From the NCBI GenBank assembly GCA_002811645.1, contig PDIP01000075.1, positions 1 through 62,249 on the forward strand: DNA of 62,249 bases, in the 5' to 3' direction. The notes under the pieces were generated by a model. It was not told the origin of the DNA. It searched no databases and saw only the letters and a list, made by a program, of their open reading frames with translations. The stretch comes from Corallochytrium limacisporum Hawaii (taxonomy: Eukaryota > Protista > Pluriformea). Made by a program: the position numbers and the translations under genes. How positions within the stretch are numbered: the stretch's first letter is position 1; every line of letters starts with the position of its first letter. Shown piece by piece: positions 10,317-22,136 of this stretch.

Positions 10317-11774
10317 TCACATAACAATACAGTTCTTCTTGTCCGGTTTTTGTCCCGGTTGTTCGCTGTCATCGCCTGATTCCGCTGGGCGAGCTGGAGA
10401 CCGCTGTCGAGATCGCTGTCCTTGCTGACGCCGCTGCTGGTCCTCAAGATCCAGTTCACGTTGCATCTGCAAGGCCAGCTGATAATCAGGGTCATCATTG
10501 CCCTCCTCGGCCTGAACAGGCTCTGCATTCCTTGGGCTTCCAGACATCCTGGCCGCAATCTGCGAATCATATTCTTGCTGCATGCTCATTGCTAATTGAT
10601 AGTCTGCATCCTCTGCGGACTGTCCACCAGATGCGGGTGGGGCCCCAGCCTGGCCCTCCTGGACGGTCACTTCTACGAAGTTGCCATCGACGTGTACACT
10701 ATTTCCATCAACGCCACTAAGAGTTTCCCATACAATACTGGTGTGGGCAAAGCCACGATCGGTTGCCAAAGAGTATACCACTCCATTGTGTTTGTGGATG
10801 GTTGTGAAGTGATTGTTCCGGAAAAATACAGCGGTCTCTCCATCCTGCATCTCGCTTGTCACGTCGGCCATGCCAGTCCAGGTCAGCTGAGATTGCGATT
10901 CCTTTAAGAATTCATCAATAAGGAATCCACGATGTCGCTGAGCTGCCTTTTCTGGAGTTTCCGGCTCCTTGCCGGCCCCAGCAGAAGTTGATTCACTTTC
11001 CCGATACACGATGACGTCTTCAATCACCTGGTTGTAAGTCTTCGATCCCAAGACTTCAGCAGTTTCCTTCATGTTCGGATCGACAACCCATCCATGGTAA
11101 AGGTTCACATTCATAATATCAAAAATTGCAAGCTGTGGGGTATACTCAAACTTGCGCACGCCGTCAAAATGTACATTGACGTCGAGGCCGTCCTGCATCT
11201 GTGGCAGGAGTGAAATAGCGTCATTCTTGTTATGATCAAAGCTTGCTTTGAGGTCGTCCGATGCCTCAGGGGGCGGTTGAGCATTAATGATAAATTCCGA
11301 CATCATATTCGCAATGGTCTCAAATGTGACCAGCTCATTTTCTGGATTCAGTTTCATCTTGCCACGCAGACATAGAGCATTACAAAGTGCGATCAGGGGG
11401 CAAGGGCCGTTTTGGTTCTGCAGCAATATTTTTACAGTATTTTTCCGGTGTGTAATACTCTTGAGCACATATACGTCCGCTGGCAAGGAATCCCGCGCAT
11501 TTAGAGGAGGGCGCTCTGGTTGCCGGTTGACTTCTTCCTGAAGTTGGCGGGCGATCTCCTCGTCATGACTGACGTCTGGAACCTGTGCATCTCCAGCAGG
11601 TACCTTATCCTTCACTTCTGGTACAACCTGATCATCTGCTGGAGCCTTTGCATCCGCATCTGGTACTCCATCATCACCTTTCTTCTCAGCCATGAGCGCG
11701 GTAGTGTCATTGGTCACTTCGACTTCGTCATCGAAGTTGATTAAGTCTCCGGTTTCTTGGCGCTGTTCACTCAT
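10317..11774 (-). CDS. MINDY1: MINDY-1/2 family K48 deubiquitinase with MIU motifs and CaaX
   Basis: Catalytic QNQNGPCPLIAL and FFRNNHF, plus GLDVNVHF, LYHGWVVDP and LATDRGF. MIU-like DYQLA..MQ repeats. C-terminal CIVM. Confidence 0.94.
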   Translation of the reverse strand: MSEQRQETGDLINFDDEVEVTNDTTALMAEKKGDDGVPDADAKAPADDQVVPEVKDKVPAGDAQVPDVSHDEEIARQLQEEVNRQPERPPLNARDSLPADVYVLKSITHRKNTVKILLQNQNGPCPLIALCNALCLRGKMKLNPENELVTFETIANMMSEFIINAQPPPEASDDLKASFDHNKNDAISLLPQMQDGLDVNVHFDGVRKFEYTPQLAIFDIMNVNLYHGWVVDPNMKETAEVLGSKTYNQVIEDVIVYRESESTSAGAGKEPETPEKAAQRHRGFLIDEFLKESQSQLTWTGMADVTSEMQDGETAVFFRNNHFTTIHKHNGVVYSLATDRGFAHTSIVWETLSGVDGNSVHVDGNFVEVTVQEGQAGAPPASGGQSAEDADYQLAMSMQQEYDSQIAARMSGSPRNAEPVQAEEGNDDPDYQLALQMQRELDLEDQQRRQQGQRSRQRSPARPAESGDDSEQPGQKPDKKNCIVM

Positions 11775-11954
11775 TTTGTCCCGCTATCTCACTAGACCAA
11801 TACCTAACCAAACTCTTGTTGATGGAAACCTTGCTTCACAATGGTAGTGTTATCCCTGTACAAGTACCAGTAGCGAACAAAGACAGCAGTCTCGCGGTTT
11901 GGGAACCTGAGATTCACTGTTGCTTCTTGCCCGCAGTTAACCGGGGTCCTAACC

Positions 11955-12160
11955 AGCGATGGCCTCAGGGGCCCGGCGGGGAAGAAAGAAGAAATCAGGT
12001 GAAATTAAGCACACGAAAAGTACAACTTTACCACCCCCCCCCCCCCCGGGGGGAGGGGGGAAGGGGGACTACGGCGCTAGCGAGTCGTTTGTTGTGCGAA
12101 AGCCCCAGTCTGCAACGCCCCTTGGTGCCCAGGTACGCCAGGGGGGGGGGGGGTTGGGCA
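11955..12160. promoter_or_regulatory. GC island in the MINDY/CCDC15 divergent gap
   Basis: C14G6 at 12034-12053 followed by G4-type G-runs, and a long G-run near 12141-12153. Confidence 0.5.
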
Positions 12161-12344
12161 GTTCAGTGGAGATGCTCCAAGGTATTAGCAACGCCGTCGC
12201 GGTTAATCCTATCATGATAGGTGAGGACTGTTTTCACTGTTGGACCAAATCATCAAATATCCAAAAAAGGAGAACATACACAGAGCGAACAAGTGAGATA
12301 AGGAACGACGGGATCGGGCAAATTTAGTGGCGAAACCTACCAGA

Positions 12345-13601
12345 ATGCCAACGGCGTGGCAAGCGAACATTGCCAAGCATCGCGAAGCGGCGAGACAACA
12401 TGACCACAAGATCTGTATTGGCCCCAACATTAATAATAATCATGTGCACCTACCGAGGGGCCGGGGTCTGTACGTTAATTCCGAGTACAACCAAGTTCCT
12501 GTGATGACCGCCGTTTGCGAACGGGCCACCACGCACGGCGAAGCCTGGGCGGATGTTGATCACCGCTCAGCGCTCAGCGCCACTGACCTTGCGTATTTTG
12601 CAAGGCAGGAAACGGAGCGGAGAATGGCAGAAAAGTTACGCAAGAAACGGGAGTACCGGCGCAATATGAAACAGCGCATGCGGGCAATCGCGGAGGAAAG
12701 GCAGCAGGCTTCCCTCATGATGAGCTACCAGGCCATCAGTCAGGAACGGAAGGTCATAAAGTCAGCCTCGTCGGTCTTTGGTCGGAACGTATCAGCACAG
12801 TCTGATACGTCCATGGCACAGCTATCCACCAGAGGAGGGGTCACGGCGAGAGGGGCTCTCAATACCAATTTACCGCTTGTTCGAACAGAGTACGGACAAG
12901 GATCCGCGGTATCTTGGTCACGGTCCTCTAGCCGGGCGTTCCAGCATCGTCTTTCCAGCGCTTCTACACCGCTGCCGACGTCCGTGACGGATGTACAATT
13001 GGATGGATCTGCGACCAACAGTTTGAATATCTCTCTGGTGGACGTCCGAGACCGGGTCGCAACGTACTCGTCCAAAGCGCGGCACATGCTTGCGGACGTC
13101 AGCAATCACGAAACCCAGCCCCGGACAATGCTCAAGAACACGACGCCGGATGTCCTCCGGTCCGGGCGTCTGCTACCTACCACAGGAGAAGGATCGACGG
13201 ATCCGCGGTTCCAACGCCATCAAGGTGCGGCACCAACCATGAACGATTCGATGACAGAAGATTTATCCCTGGTCGTCGACGAGCGCGACGAGATTGAAAG
13301 GGAAGTTCGCGCCTACGAACGGCTGCAGCGACTCCGGAAGCAGATATTGCCGACCTATGTCGATCCATGTGAAAAGTACCCACACTATGCCGCGGAGTGG
13401 GAGCAGCACAAAGCGAAGCTCGTGGAATTGCAGCGTCAGACTCTGATTGATACCGAGCGGCAGCAGGTGCGCAACAAGCTTCCCATGGATTGCGTAGTCG
13501 CAGAAAGTGAAAAGAGACGGCAAAGAGAGCTCAAGGCCAGAGCAGAGGAAGTCAGGCTCAGAGAAGACGAGGAGATCGCCCGGGCGCTTCGTGCACGGTG
13601 A
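12345..13601 (+). CDS. Coiled-coil protein, CCDC15-like (centriole inner scaffold)
   Basis: Long clean ORF. Segments VMTAVCER..AWADV, SYQAISQE and RQTLIDTERQQV resemble conserved CCDC15 blocks recalled from memory (LAER..GAWVE; RRLFMDIEREQV). The Cys-rich C-terminus of CCDC15 is not seen. Confidence 0.55.
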   Translation: MPTAWQANIAKHREAARQHDHKICIGPNINNNHVHLPRGRGLYVNSEYNQVPVMTAVCERATTHGEAWADVDHRSALSATDLAYFARQETERRMAEKLRKKREYRRNMKQRMRAIAEERQQASLMMSYQAISQERKVIKSASSVFGRNVSAQSDTSMAQLSTRGGVTARGALNTNLPLVRTEYGQGSAVSWSRSSSRAFQHRLSSASTPLPTSVTDVQLDGSATNSLNISLVDVRDRVATYSSKARHMLADVSNHETQPRTMLKNTTPDVLRSGRLLPTTGEGSTDPRFQRHQGAAPTMNDSMTEDLSLVVDERDEIEREVRAYERLQRLRKQILPTYVDPCEKYPHYAAEWEQHKAKLVELQRQTLIDTERQQVRNKLPMDCVVAESEKRRQRELKARAEEVRLREDEEIARALRAR

Positions 13602-15218
13602 AAAGTAGAGAGATGATATAGCATATTACAACCATTCAAGACTGTGAACCATTATAACTCGTTTCTTGCCACTCCACGATGGTCAAGCATGCTGCTGTGC
13701 CTCAGTAGTCTACGCCATGCTGGACTGAAGCTAACAACTGAGACGAGCCATACCCACTCCCTTGTTTGTCGCACAACGGCCGTGCAGGACCCACCCAAGG
13801 CAAAGGGCCCAGAACAGACGCCGTCGTCGGGGTGGCGGCACTCGTTCCGATCCCCATCACACAAGCGGCCGGGAGTTCGACGCGCAACTAACCCGCCACA
13901 CCAACCAAGTTCTTCCCCTTCCTTCCCCCCTCCCCCCCCACGCCCCTGGTCCGGTTCCCCTATTTCGCACCTGAACCCGCCGGAAGGTTTGTGTTTTGGC
14001 GGTTGAGGCCTTAACCACTCGCGGGTTTCGCGGGAAACTCACCACTCACACACAAACTCGCCAAACCAGAAAATCAAAAAAAAAGAAAATAGATGGAAAA
14101 AAGTGAGGGAGATCCCCCCCCCGGGGCCCCCGGGGGGGGGCGCCTTCGCGACCACAAATACCGTCCTTCTCCCTATACTCTCACTACCTAAGCGGCCGGC
14201 ACCACCTCACTCCCCAACTCTCCCCCCTCCCCCCCCCGGGGGGGGGGGCCGAGGGGCTCTTCCCAGCCCCACTTTTTCCCGTTGATTAATGGGCCGGGCC
14301 AGATAAATAGGCCCCCTTGGTCCATGGGCAAAAAGCCAGGTAAGGCCCCCCCCTCCCCCCAACCAACCAACCAAGAAAACCTCTTTCTTTCTATTTTCGC
14401 TTCCTCTTTTCTCCTTCTTTTTCTTTTTTTTTTTTTCGTTTGCTTTTTTCTAAGTCGTTGTTCGTGGGTCATTTTTTCTTCGTTGGAGTCGGCGAGGCCC
14501 TCCCTGGGAAGGGGGGTCTCATTTTTCCTTAGTTTTCTTTGTCCCCTTCTTTCCTGCGCGCCGCCGACTGTTGCTCCAAATCAGATCGCGATTGGATCGA
14601 CAGGAGGGTACCACTGATTTTGGTTTATTTATTTCTTTTATTTTAGGAGTAAGAACAATATATGGATTTTTCCTTCTTCTTTCTTTCTCCCTTTCTTTTT
14701 TTATTTTTACCACTCGGTGTCTTCTTCTCTTCACACACCCTCTCTCTCTCTCTCTTTTTTGGTTTCTTTTGCCCAAAAATTCATCCTTTTCTTGCCCTTG
14801 TGTTCTCGTTGTTCTTGGACTGATGTTTTTTTACCAAATTTCTCACTTTGCGGTTTCCCAGTCCAAGCTTGTAAAGATTGTCCTATTTTGACATTTTTGT
14901 GATAAATATCCCTGCGCCCCACAACACTGTCCAGTTCTGGGTGTGTAGGTTTTTAGTGAACTCCCCATCGTCGATCACGCAAGACCACGAAAAAATGGAA
15001 TGGATCGACCGGGCCAAATGTACCGAAACAATGGCGACTGTCAGAGGAAAAAAGAAATTCAGAAAAAAATTACCGCGGACTGTGCGCGTGCAAGACCTTA
15101 AGAAAAAGAAAGAAATATGAAAATATTTGAAAAAGTCGGCATGGGCAAGAAAAGTAGAAGGTTTTCGGAAAGGAGGGACCAAGAAGGAAGACATTATTAA
15201 GCCAGCCAAGACCCAAGT

Positions 15219-15242
15219 CTCTCTCTCTCTCTCTCTCTCTCT
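15219..15242. repeat. (CT)12 microsatellite
   Basis: Read directly from the sequence. Confidence 0.95.
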
Positions 15243-15310
15243 CCTTTGGGCCAAAAAGAACGAAAAAATGTCGATTTCACGGGGACGCGCTTTTGGCCCA
15301 CCACTCCCCC

Positions 15311-15447
15311 NNNNNNNNNNNNNNNNNNNNNNNNNNNNNNNNNNNNNNNNNNNNNNNNNNNNNNNNNNNNNNNNNNNNNNNNNNNNNNNNNNNNNNNNNN
15401 NNNNNNNNNNNNNNNNNNNNNNNNNNNNNNNNNNNNNNNNNNNNNNN
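15311..15447. other. Assembly gap (N)
   Basis: N run preceded by a C-tract. Confidence 1.
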
Positions 15448-15945
15448 TCTATTGCCCCGTGTGTGTGTGTGTCTTTTTTTTATTTGCCCACCCCACCCCC
15501 CGGGACCCGGGGTTCAGTAGTAGTAATGGCTGCTGCTGAATGCAACGGAGTAATAGTTCAGTGCGCCCTTACCCAAGGGAGAAAACAAAGAGAACCCTAC
15601 CTACCTCACTCAAGACATTCTTTTCCCGAACTTACCCCTACCCAAAGATTTGTTCTCTATTGCCACGTCTGGTACTGAGGTCATAGTCCCACCAACCACG
15701 GGGCAGGACAATAAACCACCTCCCTCCCTCCCCTACCCCTTCCCCACCGCGTTTTAGTTTGCATCCGCGTGGGGGTCGGAGGAAGGGGAAGGAGGAGCGA
15801 AGAAAAGAGGAGGAGAGGAGAAAGAAGAAAAAAGGACACCAAAGAGTAGAGAGGCGGGGGTTGGGCCAGGATCGGGCCTTTGGGGACAACGGAAGAGAGG
15901 GGCGGGCAAATAAAAAAAAGACACACACACACACGGGGCAATAGA
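15448..15945. repeat. 42-bp perfect inverted repeat (15448-15489 / 15904-15945)
   Basis: tctattgcccc(gt)7c(t)8atttgccc and its exact reverse complement. Confidence 0.9.
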
Positions 15946-18900
15946 AGACAAAATAAAAAGAAAAAAAAGCCCGGAAAGCCAGTTCAACCCTTGCGTACGT
16001 AAGGGCAAGCACAAGAAGAATTTTCATTTGCGTGTCGTTGTTAGTTGTTTTTGTCCTCTTGTTTGTTCCAAAAGAGAAATCTGGGTCGCTCTTTGAGTAT
16101 TATGCCTGATGCAAACTGATGCACCGGTGCATTCCCGAAGGCTTGGAATGTTAGTGAAAATCAAAGAAATTCAGGAAATGATTATGCCATACTCAATATA
16201 TTTGATTTATTTTAAAATTCGTTGATTTGGGAAAATGTTCGGACAGGAGTCGTCTGCGCCCTGTCACTGGTGGGGTTAATCACCGTACTCAGATCAGTCC
16301 GGTACTTTTATTCTCCACTTCTCTCCGTTCTATACATTTTGTACTACGTCCGGAGACGGAGGGATGGTGTTCTTGGTCCCCGGGGGAATCTCTCGTCAGT
16401 TTTTGGCTTCCGCGGGCATAAATGTATGGCTTTCTTCATCCAAGAGAACCCTGTGGGTGTATTGGAATGCTACAAACTCACAAACAATGTATATAATTCT
16501 TCTTCGTTTGGAATTCACACTTAGGCGGACCTTAAAAAACCCCCCATGAGAATCGTAACACCACAAGAATTATATACAAAAATAATGGACGTGATTCGAG
16601 AATCCGTGCAAGCATTGGTCTCAATGCGCAATTTTTAAACGAAAAAAACCCACGCGGGCTCTCCCCGCGCGGGCAGAAAAAAGAAGAAAGGACGTGAGCA
16701 GTGGTGACGAAGTATTTTCTGTCCATTTTTTTTATTTGGTTGTACTCTTTCTTTTTTTGGATTTTTACTTTTTGCCACCGGCCTGCCAGCTCCCCCCCCC
16801 TCTCGCGCGCGCGCGCGGCCGGCTCCTGCGCAATTGAATGGCTTGGTTTGTGCCAAGTCTGCTCACGCGCGGGCCGGCGGCCACAGAGGTAAGAATTGTT
16901 TTGGTTTCTCTTCTCTTGGGCGTTTTGTTCTGCTTCCCTTACTCGGCCAAGCCATTGGTTTTGCATCGTGTGATTTTCGTCTGTTGTAAAATTCTTTTTG
17001 GTTTGCTTTCGGATTACGTAGTCGTTTACCATAATTACTACTACTACTACTGCCTGCCTTGGGTTTTCTCTCTCTCTGGCGTCCCTTGCCTTGCTTGAAG
17101 GTGTGCGGGTACATGTGGTGGTGGTGTTTATGATGTGGTAAGTTTATTTGCCTATGGTCTTTAAACCTCGGCCCCCCCCCCAACCAGAGTGGTGGGGCTG
17201 TGGCGCCGTAGTACTAACCACCACCCCACTGCGTAAGCAAAAAAAGAATATAGCGACCCACCTGCTCCCCCCCCCTCCCCTCTCCTATTCCTTCGCTCTC
17301 TTCTGACAGGATCAGTAGGGATTTTGCTGGCGGTTTAGAGACGTTTCTACGCGTGCGGTGCGGTCCCCGGCCCATAAGAAAAAATGGGAACGAAGGAAAG
17401 AAAAGAAAGGCCGGAAAGGGCATGGGCAACGCCGCGGGGGGGGGGGCCAGTTCACAATCGAACCAGGCAGGGTTTGGTTCGATCAACCAAAGGTTACCGC
17501 TGGACCGGCGCGGTTGGTGTGGTGAAGAACACAACCACAACCGACTTGACCATGGCGGGCGAGTTAACACCATCCCGAACACAACAACAACCCATCGCGC
17601 TTCGCGCCCAGGAGGAGAGCCATTATTAATCTTGGGTGTTCGGGGTCGTCGTCGTCCTCCGCCCCCCCCCCTCTTGCCTCTCGTCTTTCTTCATCTTGGT
17701 CGTTGGTATAAGTCCCGGACTTTCTTGTCTTTGTTGCTAATCGCATTGGACGGGTAGTAGTAAAAGTACTGCGCGGGCCGGGGAGCGAGGGAAGAGGAGG
17801 GCTGGGGAGGGTTCTGGGGGGGGGGAGTGGAAGGGTTGCGCAACGGCACACACAACGGTGAGGCTTTGATCGCGATCACTGGCACTGTGAACATCCGAAG
17901 ACATCCTTCATCGTACATCCTACAATGGTTATGATTCGACGCGCTCCTCTAGACCAAGATGCAAACCCCCTGAATATTTGTTCTGTACGGTAGAGGTTTG
18001 TACTGTGGTTCCCGTTGTACCCGAGCCAGCCTCAGACAACCATTTGGGACAGGATATAGGTCTTGGGGATTGCTGCGGAGGTGGTAACATTAGGGTACCA
18101 CTAGATGGACAGGTTAGATCGCGAATTATGGACACGTTTGCTGATGGAAGCATTTGATTGGGGACAGTGTACAAATCGTTGGACAGTGATTCAGTTACCA
18201 TCTCGGATGTGTCACTGCGGTACGCTCCCCTCGTTTTCGCGGGATTGTGGACAAACCGATAGGAGACAATGTGCACTGACAAGGAAGTAACCAGCGCCGT
18301 TGCTGTACGATGTTGCCGGGCAGAAAGACTGACATTGTTGGGCATGGCTTGAGAGCTGCTTTCGAACTAGGTGCCAATGCTCCACATATGCATACGCATT
18401 GCGTATGGCGGCGCTCTTGCTCGGGCACCGTGGATGTACGAGTGTTGTCAAGGTGTGATTGTGCGAGCAGTACTCAAAGTCAGGCCACATTGATAAGAGG
18501 GGATGAGGAACAAGCTTTGCGCGATGCGGTCCAGAACCACGCACTTACCTGAGGCCAACCATGAACCGCAAAGCAAGACCACACACGTTTGCTTGTACAA
18601 ATAATCATGGCGATAATGTTCACAAGGTTTTGGGGCCACGAACAGCTACACCGGCACCGGAACCTTTAGGGCCACGAGAGCGTTACCATCAGAGCTGTAC
18701 AAACCCACGTCTCTATCTCTACGCATACTCTGGGATTCAAAAGTTGCTGCCTGTCATTAATCAAGTATCAACTGGCCGTGAGCCTGTGTACTCAACGGGG
18801 TCGACGTGGTGAAGAAGGCAGACACGACCCGGGAACTTTCAAATCCACCACCCGCAATCTCATCCGCCCGCGGTCGGGTCGGGGCTTTTCGTGTCCTCTC

Positions 18901-18997
18901 CTGTGGGGACAGGAGGAGGGACTGCGCACACCGGTTGCGTGCGCTCCAGGCCCCCCTTTCCAACCCCCCCCCCTTTCTCTACTTTCCTTTGGTTGGG

Positions 18998-19214
18998 NNN
19001 NNNNNNNNNNNNNNNNNNNNNNNNNNNNNNNNNNNNNNNNNNNNNNNNNNNNNNNNNNNNNNNNNNNNNNNNNNNNNNNNNNNNNNNNNNNNNNNNNNNN
19101 NNNNNNNNNNNNNNNNNNNNNNNNNNNNNNNNNNNNNNNNNNNNNNNNNNNNNNNNNNNNNNNNNNNNNNNNNNNNNNNNNNNNNNNNNNNNNNNNNNNN
19201 NNNNNNNNNNNNNN
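18998..19214. other. Assembly gap (N)
   Basis: N run flanked by G-tracts. Confidence 1.
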
Positions 19215-21608
19215 GGGGGGGAAGTTGGGGTTGGGCTTGGGTGGGTATTAAATCGTGAACTGCCCGCTTGACCTGCGCTCCTTTGCAGCGGAGCGATGAG
19301 TTACGGGCAAGGTCCCCAGCAAATGAGTATTTCGGTGGCAGGCTCTATTGTAACGGAGAGGGCCCCCGGGGGGGGGGGTTGTGTGTGTGTGTTGGAGTTT
19401 GAGGGAAATGGCCCCATACTTGAAGTAGTGCCCCCTTGTGAGGGACCCGGGGGGGTAGGGGTTAGGTAGGTAGTGCCGGACGGGCATGAGAAAAAAAAAT
19501 AATCCCAAGTCAAGGGAGTGGGGTTAAAAAAAAAACTACGGCTCTACTTTGGGTGGAGCCACATCTCTCCCCAATGGGAAATCGCCGCCCGAGGCGCGAA
19601 CAAACAAACGGCAAAAAGTGAAGAAAAAAAAAAGAAAAGGGCCAACGAACAAAATGGACCCCGCACTACCGGAAACCGTGAAACAAAAAAGAAAGGTTTC
19701 TCAGCGTGCCGCACCAGACGGCAGGGCAGGAATCCCGGTAACCATGTATGTACAGTTCAGACCTGTTGGTTGCGGATGCACCACAGGGGTTGTTGGATAA
19801 ACGAACCGCGTGGCTGTGTGACATCGCTGGTCGAACGATTTAATAAGACAACAGGAACCACGGTCGCAGAACGAAAGGAGCTCGGAAAGATGCGCAAACC
19901 GTAGCGAGCGCATGTCAAGAGACACCCCCCGCAGACACCATTGGAAGTGACAGCACAGTCGAATCGAACACACGGCAATTCTCACAAAAAACCGAGAAAA
20001 CTCTCCGCACGGCCGCCCTCGATGGTTCATTTCCTACATTCCTTCCCCCCCCCCTCCCCCCTCCTCACTCTCACACTGCTGTGAGGTCAGCAACCAGGGC
20101 ACCTTGGAGGTAGGCGTGTTCTACTGTGAATGTACATGTCTGTGGACATTTGAGAAGGGGCTCGGAGGTCATTTTCGGTGATGTATCCCGCTTGCTACTG
20201 TCCACTCCTTTCGGTGAACATGGAGAGCAGCACACTAACTACACACCCGTGATCGTCCCCTTTGGATGGCAAGCCAGGGCAGGCAATAGTCAGGAGGCAA
20301 TGCCAAATTGACTCAGTGCAATCGAGAGCACATGCAGTGATGTACATTCAATGACCAAAGCACGCGAAGAGCGGGGGAAAAAAGAGGGAATCAGTTGGTC
20401 TACCCCGTTACTTTCTAGGCATGTGACCTTCCGTCGGTGCGCTATGTTTGGTAATGATGCCTGTTGCGCTCGTCGATCCGCTTGAGTGTGCGTGTAGAGG
20501 TAAAGTCTGCCGACGTAAGCGTGCCGCAAACCATGGCTCCCCGTGGTCTACAGCCTGCTACCAGGGACTCACCGCGTAGGATAGTACGATATAACCAAAC
20601 TCCTACTCTTTGTCGTCAAGATGTTGGTCTCCCCCGGTTTCAGTCGAAGGGCCAGACTACTCGATTTCTGCAAATGCCATCGACAGTCTTGAGATTGGTG
20701 TGAAAAACATATCAGTCATTCACAAGGGCAGAACAGGCACCATATCAAGATCAGTGGCCAAGATAGAACCGGATGCGCGGGTGATTGGGCAAAGGACTGT
20801 TTTTTTGATCGTGGGGTGAGGGGCACGGTGGTGGGTTGCGGAGAGGGATAGCCTGTTATTCGTGACGTGCCGGTTCCAATTAGACTGATCGATCACGATT
20901 ATTTTGCCTAGGGAAAGAGACGCTGATGCTACCAGAAGGATTGCCATGGGGCAGGCGATAACCGTTTCGTCTCAGCTTGAGGACCCACACAGTACGCCGA
21001 TTCGTCATGGCCAGTATGCAGGTGTTGGAATACGGCCTTCTTGTTTACATCCACTGTTGCAGTTTTGATCCAAGGGGTGGGTTCGGCAAGTGATGTGATG
21101 ATTTGCTTCGACCAACGTGTGATGAGGTCGTCATCCAAAGGCGACCGTGGTCTCCGCACATCTTCCGGATCCCGGTGTCTACTGATGCGCGTGGCTATTA
21201 CTGTGTGAGAAGTGAGGAGACGAGGGAAGGAGTTTTTAACCGCCGTTGAACACACCCGCCCCCACCCCCTCCCCGAGGTAAGGGGGTTGGGGCCAGGGAG
21301 GGAACGGGGGCAAAGCGGGCTTGTGTCAGAGAAGTGAGATTCGGTCGATCGCTAGGAAGTGACTGGTCAGTTGCATTTAAGGATTCTGTCTGATATCGAA
21401 CGAGGAGTGAGACCTTTTACGGAGAATGGCATTGCAATAGCCAGTCCCAGGACGTCTATCATGAAAGAGGTGCATTCGGCTGTTGATGATGTGCGACCGG
21501 TGGAGGTACTTGAAGACTGAGTCCGGATCAAATCCATCCGGGTCACTTTGGACGAACTCTAGTAAAGACAAACAAATCGTGTTCACACATACATACCATA
21601 CATTCACA

Positions 21609-22136
21609 ATGACGACCAACGTGATCAACCAGGCTGCTGTGCAGGAAGCACGCCGTAATTCTGGCCTCGATGAAGAGACCATCATCCGTCCCATCGAACA
21701 GAGTTGGGCCAAGGCCTCTAGTCTCGGTGTCAAGACCGTGGCCAAGGCCCTTTACACAAACATCTTTACTATCGCTCCTGAGGCTCTACAGCTCTTCTCT
21801 TTCAAGGATGAGCCTGATATGTACAACAGCCCCAAGTTCCAGCAGCATGGTGCCAAGGTCGTTGGAACTGTCGGTGTTGCAGTCAAGAAGCTGCGTGACC
21901 TCCCAACGTTGAGCCCAGTGCTACAGGACCTCGGCTACCGCCACGTCAAGTATAACGTCACTGATGACATGTATGATATTATTGGTCAGGCCTTGCTGAA
22001 GACCCTGCAGACTGCCCTCGGTGATGACTTTACCCCCGAGGTCCAGGCGGCTTGGGGCATTGTGTACAACTTTATCAAGGAGCAATGCATCATCGGTGCC
22101 CAGCGCTGGCGTGATGAGCACGCAGATGAGGAGTAA
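21609..22136 (+). CDS. Single-domain 3/3 globin, neuroglobin-like (globin 1)
   Basis: A-helix SW, C2 Pro, CD1 Phe (QLF), distal His E7 (QQHG), proximal His F8 (LGYRH), G-helix GQALLKTL and H-helix FTPEVQAAW. ATG at 21609. Confidence 0.95.
   Translation: MTTNVINQAAVQEARRNSGLDEETIIRPIEQSWAKASSLGVKTVAKALYTNIFTIAPEALQLFSFKDEPDMYNSPKFQQHGAKVVGTVGVAVKKLRDLPTLSPVLQDLGYRHVKYNVTDDMYDIIGQALLKTLQTALGDDFTPEVQAAWGIVYNFIKEQCIIGAQRWRDEHADEE

Noticed and set aside
21095-21185. Possible C/D snoRNA (GTGATGA .. CTGA with an internal hairpin)
   Set aside because: I found no terminal stem and no recognisable rRNA-complementary guide. It would need snoscan to support.
20464-21255. Chain of short ORFs upstream of globin 1, possibly a decayed gene
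   Set aside because: No recognisable motif or consistent frame.
21483-21608. N-terminal extensions from GTG/TTG starts in the ORF track (globins, DAO, NOT4, PEX19, ROK, TMEM165)
   Set aside because: In a eukaryote, ATG initiation is expected, and the extensions read like UTR while family homology begins at the downstream ATG.
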